64,000 nucleotides of DNA from Hormiphora californensis (Eukaryota > Animalia > Ctenophora): the NCBI GenBank assembly GCA_020137815.1, contig CM035359.1, forward strand, positions 6,696,001-6,760,000, given 5' to 3'. The position numbers were made by a program, and so were the translations under genes. Shown here piece after piece: positions 63,361 to 64,000 of this stretch (the first letter of the stretch is position 1; each line of letters opens with the position of its first letter). The notes beneath the pieces were generated by a model that was not told the origin of the DNA, did not search any database, and saw only the letters and a list, made by a program, of their open reading frames with translations.

Positions 63361-64000
63361 CAGACTGTTCAAGCTTGATCATCTGATCAAGCTTGGACAG
63401 TAAAAACTGAAACTTATTCATATCAAAGCAAAAACCACTGTACCCGACTAATTTTGATACTCTGAATCACGTAAGCTAGTTTTCAAATCCATCGGAGGTC
63501 GGGAAAGTGTCCTAATTGGGCATAATTGGGTCTAATTGACCCCACTTACAACTTGTCACCTGGAAATGACATGAGGGCACTTTTCCGACTAATTTTGATA
63601 CGCTGAATCACATAAGCAACTTTTCCAAGCCCCCAGAGGTCGGGAAATGCCCTAATTGAGCAATTAAAGTCAATTAGATCCAATTATACTAAATTAGGAC
63701 ACTTTCCCGACCTCTGGGGGCGTGGATTAGTTGTTCATGTGATTCAGCGTATCAAAATTAGTCGGAAAAGTGCCCTCACATAAGCGTCTATTATTTCCAG
63801 GTGACAAGTTTTAAGTGGGGTCAATTAGACCCAATTATGCCCAATTAGAACACTTTCCTGACCTCTGACGGATTTGAAAACTAGCTGACGTGATTCAGAG
63901 TATTAAAATTAGCCGGGTACAGTGGTTTTCGCTTTGATATGAATAAGTTTCAGTTTTTACTGTCCAAGCTTGATCAGATGATCAAGCTTGAACAGTCTGT
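63361..64000. repeat. Long inverted repeat centred near 63670, running off the window edge
   Basis: 63361-63640 is the reverse complement of about 63700-63999. Confidence 0.8.

Overview
Repeat-rich eukaryotic animal DNA with GT-AG spliceosomal genes. The repeat families and opsin type suggest a ctenophore such as Pleurobrachia, which is inference only. Three host genes were reconstructed by hand. The first is a divergent 10-exon alpha-tubulin (16171-19730, -). The second is an 18-exon secreted protein gene (31100-60713, +) with follistatin/Kazal, three Ig and two Cys-rich domains plus a Met/Gly/Trp repeat tail. The third is a 10-exon opsin (34251-36985, -) nested antisense in an intron of the second gene; it has K296, E113 and E181 equivalents but lacks both disulfide cysteines. 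The most notable mobile element is a 4047-bp mini-Polinton/Maverick (25550-29596). It has AGTAGT termini, a 6-bp TSD and long TIRs carrying tRNA-like Pol III A/B boxes, and it keeps three intact TATA-driven intronless ORFs but no polymerase, integrase or capsid gene. One of these ORFs looks like a free-standing pPolB N-terminal (terminal-protein-like) domain. A CRE-clade RLE retrotransposon (2071-9998) is inserted inside a MITE TIR with a 13-bp TSD and is itself split by a 4.46-kb CMC-type element carrying a LINE fragment and an ORF1-only retroelement. The window also holds a cassette array joined by TTCATA-N3/4-TATGAA sites, many MITEs and foldbacks, and two satellites. Coordinates were read by eye and family assignments are from recognition, not database searches.
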